From Penicillus capitatus (Eukaryota > Plantae > Chlorophyta), in assembly GCA_965649825.1 (NCBI GenBank), contig OZ287702.1:610786-674785 (forward strand): a stretch of 64,000 nucleotides of DNA, given 5' to 3'. Below are positions 12,651-23,375 of this stretch, piece after piece. A program made the translations under genes and the position numbers. Below the pieces are notes generated by a model. It had not been told where the DNA came from and made no database searches. It saw nothing but the letters and a program-made list of their open reading frames with translations. Numbering within the stretch: position 1 is the stretch's first letter; every line of letters begins with the position of its first letter.

Positions 12651-13438
12651 ATGCGTTTCGTTTTCGATAACACGCCACTGCTAAAGATACTCCTTCACGG
12701 AGCGAAATTCTCAACGAGTTCGATCAACGGTCTGTTGATTGGACGCAGCAACAAAGACGGTGTGCGCGTTGTCGACGCCATTCCACTATTTCACACCATT
12801 CTCACTCTCTCCCCCCACCTTGAAATCGCGCTCGCACTTGTATCTCTCTCTTGCATCTCTGTATGGGTCAGTCGGTCCTTAAAGGTCGACCAGAGACTTA
12901 AAGGAACGGACGATGGCATTGTGGGTCTCTACGTTGCCGATGCACATATGAGTCGAGATGACTTTGATGCCGCTTCCAAGACAATCGCCAACAAACTCGC
13001 CACCCTCACAACCACCCAATCGACACTCGCTCTCATCGTCTATCACACAGCATCGTACAGATCGCATCGTGATGTGACCGTATGCTTGCAGATGGAAAAC
13101 AGTGGACTACGTGAAATGATGCAGCTCGACAACGTCTTGCCTTTCAAAGTAAGCATCTGTCCGATCGGTCGATACGTCATCATCGATAGCGATGTGTAGC
13201 TCTATACCCGTATCTCCGATCCGAATTCGAATCATTGGTCGGTGTCGGATTACGAATCTCAAGGCGCCCATATCATCCAGCCGCTTTTCGTCGACATGCT
13301 CAATCGCGAACACTACAAGAAGTTGCACGACTTCGATGAGCATCTCGACGACATTCAAACGTACTCCCTCCCGCCTTCCTTCATGTCTTAACCTCCATTG
13401 CTCTTCACAGGGATTTCTGGAATGCAGAATTGATATAA
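12651..13438 (+). CDS. EMC8: ER membrane protein complex subunit 8/9 homolog (MPN-like, UPF0172)
   Basis: LLKILLHGAKF...INGLLIG, VVDAIPLFH, LSPHLEIAL, and a C-terminal LHDFDEHLDDI..DFWN after splicing. Alternative in-frame ATG at 12630. Confidence 0.9.
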
Positions 13439-13482
13439 GCCGTGTTTTGATGTGACGTGTCCAATAGCGAGACAAATGATGC

Positions 13483-13889
13483 ATGAGCGTCGAACGGGTT
13501 GCGTTTGTGCCATCAATGTCTTCGGAACTCCTCGCGCTTTCCTCTTATCTCACGTATAGCTCCCCTGAGTGTCTTTTCTTGTTAAGTCTCACATTGACGC
13601 TTGTCAATTTCGCTCTGCTATGTTCAGCACGGGCTCGAAAACAAAGTCTAAAGCTTCTTATCGCCACAGGCAACCTACTACTCGTCACTGTCCTCGCCCT
13701 CGTTGTCTTGGGCCTCCCATTTGGTAACCGTCGGTACAGGAAAGAAGACACGTTGCAATGACAGATCGTTGGTTCGTAGGTTTCCTGTACCTGGCTTTTC
13801 AAGGACTGGTATGGTTGGGGTCTTCTCTGGCCGATACCTTACCTGCACTAAGAAACCTGCAGAACGTGATCGCACGAGCTTTTTTCTGA
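13483..13889 (+). CDS. Possible small multi-TM hypothetical protein
   Basis: Hydrophobic ORF 13483-13761 continues through candidate introns 13724-13764 and 13809-13862 into DRWFVGFLYLAFQGL/NVIARAFF*. It starts only 44 bp after the EMC8 stop, so it could be 3' UTR. Confidence 0.3.
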
Positions 13890-14189
13890 TAAGAACACGA
13901 GCTCCAAGACCTGCAGATTCAATCAAGATTCGGTGCTCACACTAGATTTCTTTGGGCGCTGTGACTGTGTCGTGAAACATCGGGCCCAACCAATAGTGTA
14001 AACACGGGTCACCATATCCATATGAAGACAGCTGTTTCTGGATATCCCTAGTTTGATACCTGACCTTAAGTAGTAGTTTGCTGTGTAGACCATCGCGACG
14101 ATCGCTGATGTCGTGTTTCTTGACCCCTCCCCAATGAGTTTATACACGTGCGCATGCGATCGGTGTGAACTCATCCCTTTAAACGGCTC

Positions 14190-15082
14190 TTATGTGGATT
14201 TTCTTTGAAAAACAGCAGTGGACACGGTGGTCCCTTCGCTGCCACCAAAAGTAAAAGATTTGTAGTTTTGGACGCGATCCAAGAAAACGAATGCATCTTG
14301 AAACACTTCAGAGAGCTCTTCGACGGTAAAGTTACAAGACGTAATGATGAGAAGACCTTCATTCAACAGAAGGCGTGTGATGGACTGAGCATATACAGAT
14401 CTTCGAAACACACACAAAGGTCTACGGTTAGGATCAATGAATGCGAGACACAACTTCTTTGCGTTGCCACTCTCTGACAAACTGATGGCGTCAAACGTTC
14501 CTTTGTCGATCACCAGATCGAACCTAATCAACAGAACTGATAAAAAGTTACTGTGGTCATGTTTATGGACCTCTCATTCAATTGGGTGTTGAGGATGTCA
14601 TCCACCTATCGCGCACGACACTTAGGCCAGTCCGCGTCGAAAGACCATACCTCAAACGCGATATCATGTATCTCCATTGATGCCGTGATTTCTTGGCACA
14701 AGATGATAGACTGAGCACTGTAGTCCATTCCTGTTAAGCACTTGAATCTGAAAGAGAATCTGCACGAGTGATATGATATCGAACGATGAACGACCCTTGT
14801 TGGTGGAGTCCCCTAAGGATATGGCCATTGCCGCAGCCGACTTCCAATATCCGAGCATTCTGTGCATCAGGGAAGTGGCTGTGAAGCTGATGGATCATCC
14901 ACTCCATCAGAATCTCCAACACCTGCTCGCCGAACCTGTAGAGAAGCTGCGGCTCCAGGAACTAGCAGGAGAGAGAAGCACCAAATCTCGCCCTCATCGC
15001 CGAACACTTCGAAGTTTCGGCGCTCTTCTGCGTAAGCATCTTCCCAGAAGGCCTGCGTACCAAGTTTTGAAAGATGTTCCAT
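14190..15082 (-). CDS. EEF1AKMT2: EEF1A lysine methyltransferase 2 (EFM4/METTL10-like), multi-exon
   Basis: [16 protein letters not shown]...[18 protein letters not shown] (SAM-binding motif I), [26 protein letters not shown], and [14 protein letters not shown]. Confidence 0.92.
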
Positions 15083-15894
15083 TTATACTGTGGCATTTGG
15101 ATCGACGCGTTTCAATGCGGTTCGCTACAGTCGTCGATAGAATCTGATCACGAATCGATTCACCACGATGCGTCGTCTATCGCGTCGGAAGCACTTGATT
15201 TAAAAAAGGCGGTGTGGAGAGCGCACTTCAGCTATCGATTTATCTCGATCAGGCCTGCAGTGTGATGGCCTCGTTTCGCAGATCGCGTCCTCGAATTCAC
15301 TTATTCTCTGTTCTATAGCGTTGCGTTGTTCGTAATGGCAGCACCGGGATGAGCAATTCTATTAACCGGCCTGTCGACCAGCCGATTCTGAAACAAGCAT
15401 CTCCATGAAGACGAGGCGTTTTTCGCTGATAAGTCGTGGCTAGAAGGTTCGATTGCACATCGAGACATCCGATCTCAAGAGTGACACCGAAACGAAAAAC
15501 GATCGATACACATATGGCACTTTACTCTTTTGTCGTGAAAGGAAGGATTCGAAAAGTGTTCAATCATGCTTATCGAGTTACCAAATAGAATCTGTCCTTT
15601 GTAGAAAAATACTTTTTCGAAATATCTACCGATTTCATCGACACTTCAAAACTGAACGATGCTGCGAAAAACTACTCTTCTTGAATGCCAGACGAGAGCA
15701 TCCTCTCCGTTACCGAAGTCGACGATACGATGTTTACCTTCATCGACCCGATCGGTGAAGCTTCGCGTTAGCGGGTACTGTAAGCTACTTGCGAACAGAA
15801 TAAAAAAGGCTCGGTTAGATTAAGTAGAATGGCAACTAACGCACAAAAATCGAAGTATGCCACTTGCTTTGACAAAATGAGATTAAACAGCAAC

Positions 15895-16199
15895 TTGATC
15901 TCCAATCGATCAGCCAAGTTCCTTTTCTTCACCACATACGTGTGCTGCTAACGATCTGAGTTGATCAGTGTCGATACATTCACTAGCTAAATAGTCGAAA
16001 TCTCGCTATCGAAAATGTAATGTCTTAGTCCTGTCACCTTGATATAATCGGGATACAATTCGAGTTACACAGTGTTCATCTAGATGCAATCGATTTCGAC
16101 CTGTTCGAGATCGATCGATCGGCTTCGATCTGTGTGTCTGCGATCGATTAGAACTTTTCGATTGTTCTAATGCCTATCGAGAGTCGATTACGCGCGATT
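15895..16199. repeat. Diverged direct repeat, copy 1 (partner 19625-19898)
   Basis: Colinear shared blocks gatc-g-caagtt, atctgag-tgat, aatagtcgaaatct, ctgtcac, tgcgatcgatt, ttctaa and tcgattacgcgcgatt. Confidence 0.75.
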
Positions 16200-16449
16200 A
16201 AATGGCTTTCGATATCATCGTTTCAAAGTGTGCCAGCGGACATTTCACTTCATTCGTATCGCTCCCACGTGCAGATAGTTCCTTTTAAAGCAGTACTTAG
16301 TTGAATGAATTGCCACTGACGCACTAGTGTGTCTAAGATCTCTGAGTGTTCGGACGACATAAGATACATCCCCGTCGCGTGTCATAGGTTGTGCTGCGAT
16401 CCAGATCAGAATCGACATGGAAGAGGCGAACTGCGCCCTTGGACAGGAT

Positions 16450-16929
16450 TGCCGAGACTACCAATAAATGCTGTCATTTCCAATCCTCGTTGAATCAAAC
16501 AGATCGACGTTTGTCTAATTAGATCGAAGCAAAAGCAGAACAGTGACTGGCCTCTATTCTTGAGACCAAGTTCAGTCTCCTAAGTCCACTGTGGACATAC
16601 GACAGTGTCTTGGCATTGAACGCGATTGTTTCATAACGATCGAGGAATCGACATACTGAAATCAACAATCATTCAGAAGACGACATGTGACCGTTCGACA
16701 CTCTAATGCTTTGAAACTAGAAACATTTCTGGGTTTATGAAACCGTCTACCCGTCACAGAGACATACAGGGTAAACAATTAACTGACATGACAGATGCAC
16801 AGTGCCAAAAAAGATCTACCCGGCTGGTTTCTACTTATGAAAGCGATGAGTGTCGCTGTTTTTAGCAGAGTCCTAAAGATCTGGACAAACGCACTTCCAC
16901 CAGAGTCTCGTCTTCTCTTGCCGCTTTGG
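16450..16929 (-). repeat. 3' flank of the F-box/LRR duplication unit, homologous to 37502-37995
   Basis: Shared blocks caagagaagacgagactc, agtagaaacca, gtagatctttt, ctgtgcatctgtca, agaagacgaca-gtg, gtgtcttggcatt and tgccgagactaccaat-aatgctgtcattt. Confidence 0.8.
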
Positions 16930-16942
16930 TCAAATAAAACAA

Positions 16943-17041
16943 GCTCTGTCGAAGATTGAGAAACAGTCTGTTTCCGCTCTGTCGAAGATTGAGAAACAGT
17001 CTGTTTCCGCTCTGTCGAAGATTGAGAAACAGTCTGTATCC
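16943..17041. repeat. 33-bp tandem repeat x3 at the pseudogene C-terminus
   Basis: gctctgtcgaagattgagaaacagtctgtttcc at 16943, 16976 and 17009 (last copy has one mismatch). It encodes three copies of TDCFSIFDRA on the minus strand. Confidence 0.95.
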
Positions 17042-17346
17042 GACTGGACTACCTTTAAGATCATCTGAGGTGATTTGCGTCTTATGCGTTCCAGTATCTG
17101 TTCCTCTTCTTCGTCTTTCTCGTACTCTTCGCCGCACAGCAGCCACAATTTTTCCAATCTCGTGACCAAGTTGGTAGACAACAGGGAAGTCCATATTCTC
17201 CTTTCTGTAGAATCGAACGATTGTATTTGTAAGATGCGAAGATTATGCAAATCTTCGAGCACATGCATCCCTTTGACTAATACAGTCCCACTGTAGCTGA
17301 AGTCATCTGATCCGATATGAAGGACTTCCAGATTTGTGTACCGCGA

Positions 17347-17615
17347 TGTCGGCGGTCGGGTCGGACGAAACGATTAATCAGCGGAAGACTTGTTACAACT
17401 GTTGGAGCAAGGTCCTGAATAGTTCAGTTTCGCCATTAAGTACTCACATGGTGACGTGACATCCCTAGGCAGGCGACTCAGCACCGCTTCAGAACCATAG
17501 AAAAAGGCCCCTTTCCGGCCCGAAACCCAAACTGACAAGACCCCAAGTGGCCCAAAACAAAGTGCACCCCTCCTGCACAAGACAGTCACATCGACAGATC
17601 GCCATCTTGCCGACA
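17347..17615. mobile_element. Solo LTR (269 bp) inserted in the F-box/LRR pseudogene
   Basis: TG...CA ends, 7-bp TIR TGTCGGC/GCCGACA, and 5-bp TSD CGCGA (17342-17346, 17616-17620). Removing it restores ELIFISR-YTNLEVLHIGSD, matching paralog 3 (ELIFISRQTNLEVLHIGSD). Confidence 0.92.
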
Positions 17616-18943
17616 CGCGAAATGAATATCAACTCAGAATCGTCAAGGACTGGGACAACACTCAGAGATCGAAGATTTAGCGATGTCATCTTCTCCCATG
17701 GCAGAGACAGGTGCTCCAGGTCTTCTTCCATGGGTAGTAAATAATCTGGGTTAAGCACACTTTGCCAACTTAATAGCTCGAGTTTTCTGAACTGGGACAC
17801 GAAACTCACATCGCTGTCCGTTAACGTACATTCTTTGAGTCTTAATGCCTTTAGATTAGGCAGTGTTCCTCTGAGTGATGCGCCATCGAAGCAACATGAT
17901 CTCATACTCAGACACTCCAGCTGTTCAAATTTATCAAAAGCCTCGTTTGGAATGGCACGCCATTCTGAATCCCACCAGTTTTCGTCGATATTAAGAACCT
18001 GCAGAAATTTCGCGACATGACTACGAGACAATCGCTTCAGATTTTCTTCGCAATGTGGAAATATAAGATTTAAGCAAACCAATCGATTCGGCTGGGTAAA
18101 TGTGTCAAGCGTGAATCCATCTGTGGCATTCACTAAAACTGAAGAAACTGTTGCCGGTGGATTTGGCAGTCAGGTCAGCGTTTGAACGTCCACGCCGCAG
18201 AGCGTCACGTTCTTCACTTCATCGAGAAAATCAAGCTGCTTGCAGTGAATCAGCACGGAACCGTCCACTTCCAGTGATTCTAATCTCTTCAGACTGCAAA
18301 CTATTTGCGTCAGCTGGCTTGAACAGTCCTCCCTCTCCTTGCTGTCCCGCATCATGGACGTTGTGTTAAAATGTGTTTTGCCATAGAGCTTGAGGTTCTC
18401 GAAGTCATACAGGTATACCGAGGTGATTCTTTCCAGTCTCGAAAGGTATTCTAGTGCTCTTGCGCGACGATAATGGAAGATAGTTATTGCCTCGAGAACA
18501 ACTTCGATATGCTTCAGCTTTGGCAACTGGCGGAGAACGTTAACAGTCCTCTTCAATATTGTGTTGTGCCACTTATTCAAGTAGAGTTTCTTATGTTTTT
18601 GGTTTTTCGGCAACGCACATTTCGAAGGGTAAATCAGAAAAGGCGAGATGTCCACAGAGGTCACCCGTTCGAACTTCAGAAGCGACGCGATGTCTTCGTC
18701 GACAATGGTTTGCGTAGCGTCGGGGCGAATCTAATCCACGTGCATGTCGACCGCCGCCGACCAGTGTCTGTTCAGCAGTCTCAGAGACCGACCCTCCAGT
18801 CTCCATCGTCGAGTGTCCTTGAGTATGCGAAAGAGACCGTCGACGACAGGCAACGGCAGCGACGCCCAGTCTCGGTGGCCTCCCTCAACTGACGTCACGG
18901 CTTCAGGCGATTCAGTCAGGAGACATTCTTCGTGTTGTTCCAT

Positions 18944-19480
18944 TTTTTCTTTTCTTCTGTGACGATTCTGAACAAATGACGGAAACCTGGCTACAAATAC
19001 CCCCGGTCTACGAAGATGAGAAGCAGTGAGGATGTTCCGAAGCAGATGTTTAAAATGCTGATGCGACTGTTGTGTCATATGCGTCTGTACGACCCTAGCT
19101 GTGTCAGATCACTTGCTCTCTTTGGCGTTTGTCAGAAATGAGATATGTAAGCTATCGAAACGATCAGCTGTCTTGTTTTTTCTGCTGTATCGTCCAACAA
19201 TCCAAACTCAAGACAGTATCGATCATCATAAAACGATTGGAAGTCGCAGTTTTACTTAAATGTGAAATTCATAGCGATTATCCACCGTCAGCTCTTTAAC
19301 ATTCCCTTCGAAAGACATTCTATCAGTGAATTCTGTATTTATGGCATACACAAAGCATCCTACAGGTTGTCTCCGCGGCTTCGCCGTTGTGCAAAATATC
19401 GACGCGTTTTGTAGAAATCGGGCTTCAAATTCAAAGAACGTGTACCTGATAAGGTACAAGTAGCTGTGTAGTGATTTGTC
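18944..19480 (-). promoter_or_regulatory. Conserved 5' flank/leader of the F-box/LRR family, homologous to about 29450-30025 and in part to 32930-33047 and 35740-35870
   Basis: Shared blocks ttgtgtatg-cat--atacagaat-cac, ctgcttcggaacatcct, gcttctcatcttcgta and gaccgggggtatttgtagccaggtttccgtcatttgttc-gaatcgtca. Confidence 0.7.
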
Positions 19481-19624
19481 TTCGGCGTCATTGAGCTCTG
19501 TTAATAACAAGATAGCACCTCCTGAGAGTCAACTTTCGCATAATCTCGGATTCCGAAACCACAGACGAGTAGTCGGGTACATCAGTTGCATCATGAATGC
19601 CGCGCAAAAGTATTAAACAACATG

Positions 19625-19898
19625 TTGGTCTCTAAGAGATCGGTCAAGTTTTGTTTTTGGGCACATCCTCGGACCGTTGGCGAATCTGAGGTGATTGGGT
19701 GTCCGATATCGCTAACCGAATAGTCGAAATCTTACTAACAACAAAGTGATGTTCTAATACTGTCACTTCGATACAAAAGCGAGTTGTGATTTGAGATATT
19801 AAGTGCTCACCCTGTTCTGAATGTGTAAAATTGCGATCGATTGCTGTCGGTCGACTATTCGATCTTCTAACGGGTACACGTTTCGATTACGCGCGATT
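19625..19898. repeat. Diverged direct repeat, copy 2 (partner 15895-16199)
   Basis: Same colinear blocks as copy 1. Confidence 0.75.
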
Positions 19899-20154
19899 TG
19901 ATAGATTTTTGTTTATTTCGTTAATTGGCATAAACATCTCGGTCTCTTGCCTGCATTTTGTTGTTCGAGGTTCTCTTAAATGAACGCCTGAGACTTTCCA
20001 AAGCGCGAATCGAGCGGTAGAACAGCCTAAAGCGAAGGATCCAATGATTACAACTGCCGCGATCTGATAACTATTGTATTAGTGAGATCGATTGCAAAAG
20101 TAGGGGACACACGTTGAGACTTCGGTCGACGACGTAATCTTTTTCTGATGGCCG

Positions 20155-21076
20155 TTAGCTTTTTGATTTTATCTCCGAAAATCGATCCCCCGTGCCAAAA
20201 CGCATAGTTGGACAAGACATCTTGCGCGAATTCTTGTAAACAGACACAAGAATGAAAGCTCGAATAGCAGCTTTAATTGTACCACTTGGTGACCGATCGA
20301 TGTCTGCTGCGATGACATGGCGGCTGTTGCCGTTGCCGTCCCAAGCAAAATCCTCTGATGCCTTCCTGAAGTGTACAGCTTATCATGACTGACGCTGTTC
20401 GCCTTTCCGACCGTCGCTCGTGGCATCGACTTCTTCAAAGCGCACAGCTGATTTCCGAATCCTGATTCGGCCGTTCCATACGTTCCGGGTCCCGGAACTG
20501 CTATATGCGTTGGCTTCTGTCCAGGAATCCCCGCACAAACGTCCCATCTCTTCGACGTTCTATCAATCGTGCAACCCGCCGCCACGTCTTGAGGTGTACT
20601 ACGACGTCACCCAATCAGTGCAGCCGATGATCACGTAGACAGGAGGCTCTACGTATACGCGATGGACGGCGGCGTGTTGAACTGCTCGAGAAAGGTCGAT
20701 GCATAGTGTGACCACCGACTTGATGTCGCAAATTTCCACGACGGAAGCGTTTTCGTCTTCGAAGCCATTTGCTTCCCGATCGCCGCCTCGCAGCGATAGA
20801 ATCCCGGTCCGGGGCATTCCACCCGTGTCATGTCCGTGTCGCTTGCATAACGTCGCGCGATCGTTGGCTGCGGAAAGCTCGATTTGTTCGACTGGATCTG
20901 ATCGCCAAAGCTCGAAATCGATCGCGTCGTGTGGCCAGTCGATTCCTGAATGCATCAGCCATCATCACTGCCACACGTCGTCTTTTGTCACAATCGATTC
21001 GAACTTTGCCGAGATTGCGCGTCAAGAATTCTTTTCCCTGAAATTGACGATCGGTTCTCTTCGAAGAGCCGAACAT
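20155..21076 (-). CDS. SHIPPO/STPG-repeat (ODF3-like) protein, probably axonemal; multi-exon
   Basis: Spliced product has repeated modules CPGPGFY..EAAIGKQ..SK..T.PSWKFATSSR, VPGPGTY...SGFGNQ....KKSMPRATVG and TSIGHQVNSRKMSCPTMRFGTGDRF. An additional 5' exon is possible. Confidence 0.75.
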
Positions 21077-21337
21077 CGACAGGGAATTAAGTATGGACTT
21101 CTACTGCATCATTTCGCATGACTTAAGCGAAGCGTGAGGATTCAATCCATCGATCGTATCGATCAAAACTGGATCGACTGATCGAAGTTTATTGAAGAAA
21201 ATAGCAACATCGCCTGTTTCGATAACCAAACGACCACGCACCTTTCATCAGAGTCGTTTATATTCATAAAACTGGACTCATATCTTCCTGAGGCATGCTC
21301 ACGAACACAGGAGTTAAAATAAAAGGATAAACGGTCT

Positions 21338-23375
21338 TTAACTCTCCATGAAGGAGCTACTGGTCGATGCTTCTTTGCTTTGGGTCGCGTAAAGGTCGCT
21401 AACAGCGTTTAAAAATTCTAAACAATCACATTGGTGTGGATACGCACTAACAGTAAACCATGCACCCTGCACAGACATACTCCATCAAGTCATCAACCGA
21501 CGACACACTGCTTACCTGTAATGGGCTCATAACTCTGTAAAATGTCATATACTCAAGCTCTGAATTCAGTTTCTGCTCCTTGCTGCAGACAGAACAGCGC
21601 TGGACGTTAATCGTTAAGGGATACTGGTTTAAACCTTAAGTTCTCTTTCAATCTGTCCAAGACACTGTTCAATTTGGACGTGTGACGCAATCTCTGGACA
21701 AAACTGGCGATATTAAAACATCCCAGTGGTGTCGACACTGGTGCACGTCCTCCTTGATCGGCTGGCAACTGCACAAACATACAATACTCAACTCGCTAAA
21801 AGCATGGGGTGATGCACTAGGTGCTGGATGGCTTCTAAGTTGAGCGTGTGACGTTGAACAAAGATCTTTTCGAGCTTTGCAAGGTGCTGCTCTCTTAGAG
21901 TGAGAGCGGATGCGATTTGATCTCTTCCCAATTTCAGACTCCGGGCGATGCTGCGCCACATGACACGATCATGTGATTCCCTTTGTTTACTGCACACACA
22001 GAGACAGACATTCTTCAACACTTTGTCTACAAGCACTTCTGAAGCCTACCTATCGAGTGAGGCTGTAATGAGATCCCAGAGATCTGGACCGTCATGTCGA
22101 GTCAGCTGCATGCATGTCATACACACATCTCCTGCAACACAGCACGTCTGCGGCATTCACTGACAGCAGCAAGTGATTACCGACAAGATGATAGATATCA
22201 TCCACCGCCTTTTTGGGAATACTCTCATCCAACGGATTTACCAGAAGTTCTGGATCGAGGTTGTTGTTCTTTAAGTACTTCTGAAGATCTTTCACCTAGT
22301 AAGACACACGTGTCAAGGCGCGTGGGGAAGGCCCGGCAGGAATGCTATATGGCGTACTTTCTTGTGGAAAAGTTTTGCAGGTCTGGAATCTAATCCTACG
22401 ACCGCCTTCGTCGGTTTTTCTTCCTTTGGCAATCCGGGGAACTCAACCGTGTTGTTTCCTGTCCCACGTTTCGCTTCTTCCAAAAGACTTCGCATCGTCT
22501 GAAGTTCTGCTTCCTTCTCGATGAGTTTTCGTTCGAGCATCAAGTTCTTCTCTTCTAAGGCCACTTTCTCTTCCTTTATCGTATTCAGCTGTTTCAGTTG
22601 TTCACTCAGAGCATTAACTGTCTGTTCCAATCCCAAAGTCTTAGCCTTTTTGCGTTCTCTGTGCCAACGTGGCCTGTTGATAGGCGTCCCGATCAGATGA
22701 TCGTGTCGTACCTGTATCGCTGTTGAGCAAGTTTGTTAAGTTGCTGTTGTCGTGCCGTCTTTGGTCGAGATTTTCGAAACTCTTGCCCTTGCCCTTGCCC
22801 TGAGCTCATCTCTCGCATTTCAGTTCCCGATGTTGCATGCAACGACAGCGATTCATCGATCGGAGGCCCAGATGAAAACGGCGAAGCACTGGACGATGGA
22901 CCATAAAGACCACTACCACCACCACTGCCGTAATCACCAGCGCCTTCCGGTTGCAGAAACGGAGGCAAGAGTCCGCCACTCGACGACAGTCTAGTGGGAA
23001 ACGGCTCCGGTGGATCCATATACATGTCATTCGTCCGTGCAGGTGGAGCACTTCCTCCATGGTCTGCATACGATCCCATGTGCTGTGGCTCCATGAATGT
23101 TGTATAGTTTGGGGCTGGACTCGAAAACCCTCCGTACGGTTGCTGTTGCACCGGCAGCATCTCCTGCGTTCTCGGAATCGCCTCAAGAGAAATATTTGAC
23201 GGTCGCCGATGGACACCTCCAATCGCTAAACTTGGAAACAGAGTTATCGATGAAGCTGTTGGGAAGCAGGAGATGAACCGTATGGATTGCGGTCCTCCGT
23301 CACAGCCGAGGTCTGAAGACGGCTTACATAGTCTTCGAAAAACTGGTCAACAGGGATCAGTTCGTCAAGTTCCAT
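21338..23375 (-). CDS. bZIP transcription factor (chlorophyte type with conserved C-terminal domain), multi-exon
   Basis: Basic region RQQQLNKLAQQRYRERKK followed by a leucine zipper LEQTVNALSEQLKQL. The C-terminal exons read LDRLKENL..EQKLN...MSPLQGAWFTVSAYPHQCDCLEFLNAV. Start at 23375 is tentative. Confidence 0.85.

Larger units (their letters stand above)
16930..18943 (-). pseudogene. F-box-like/LRR (RNI-like) paralog 1, pseudogene
   Basis: Colinear with the three + strand paralogs. It carries in-frame TAG at 18733-18731 (paralogs GAG), TGA at 18172-18170 (paralog 3 CGA), and a solo-LTR insertion at 17347-17615. ATG at 18943 (MEQHEECLLTESPEA). Confidence 0.9.

Noticed and set aside
18170-18733. 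Stop-codon reassignment (TAR = Gln, as in some ulvophytes) explaining the interrupted F-box gene
   Set aside because: One stop is TGA, an LTR also disrupts the gene, and intact genes here end in TAA or TAG (EMC8, bZIP, BSL).
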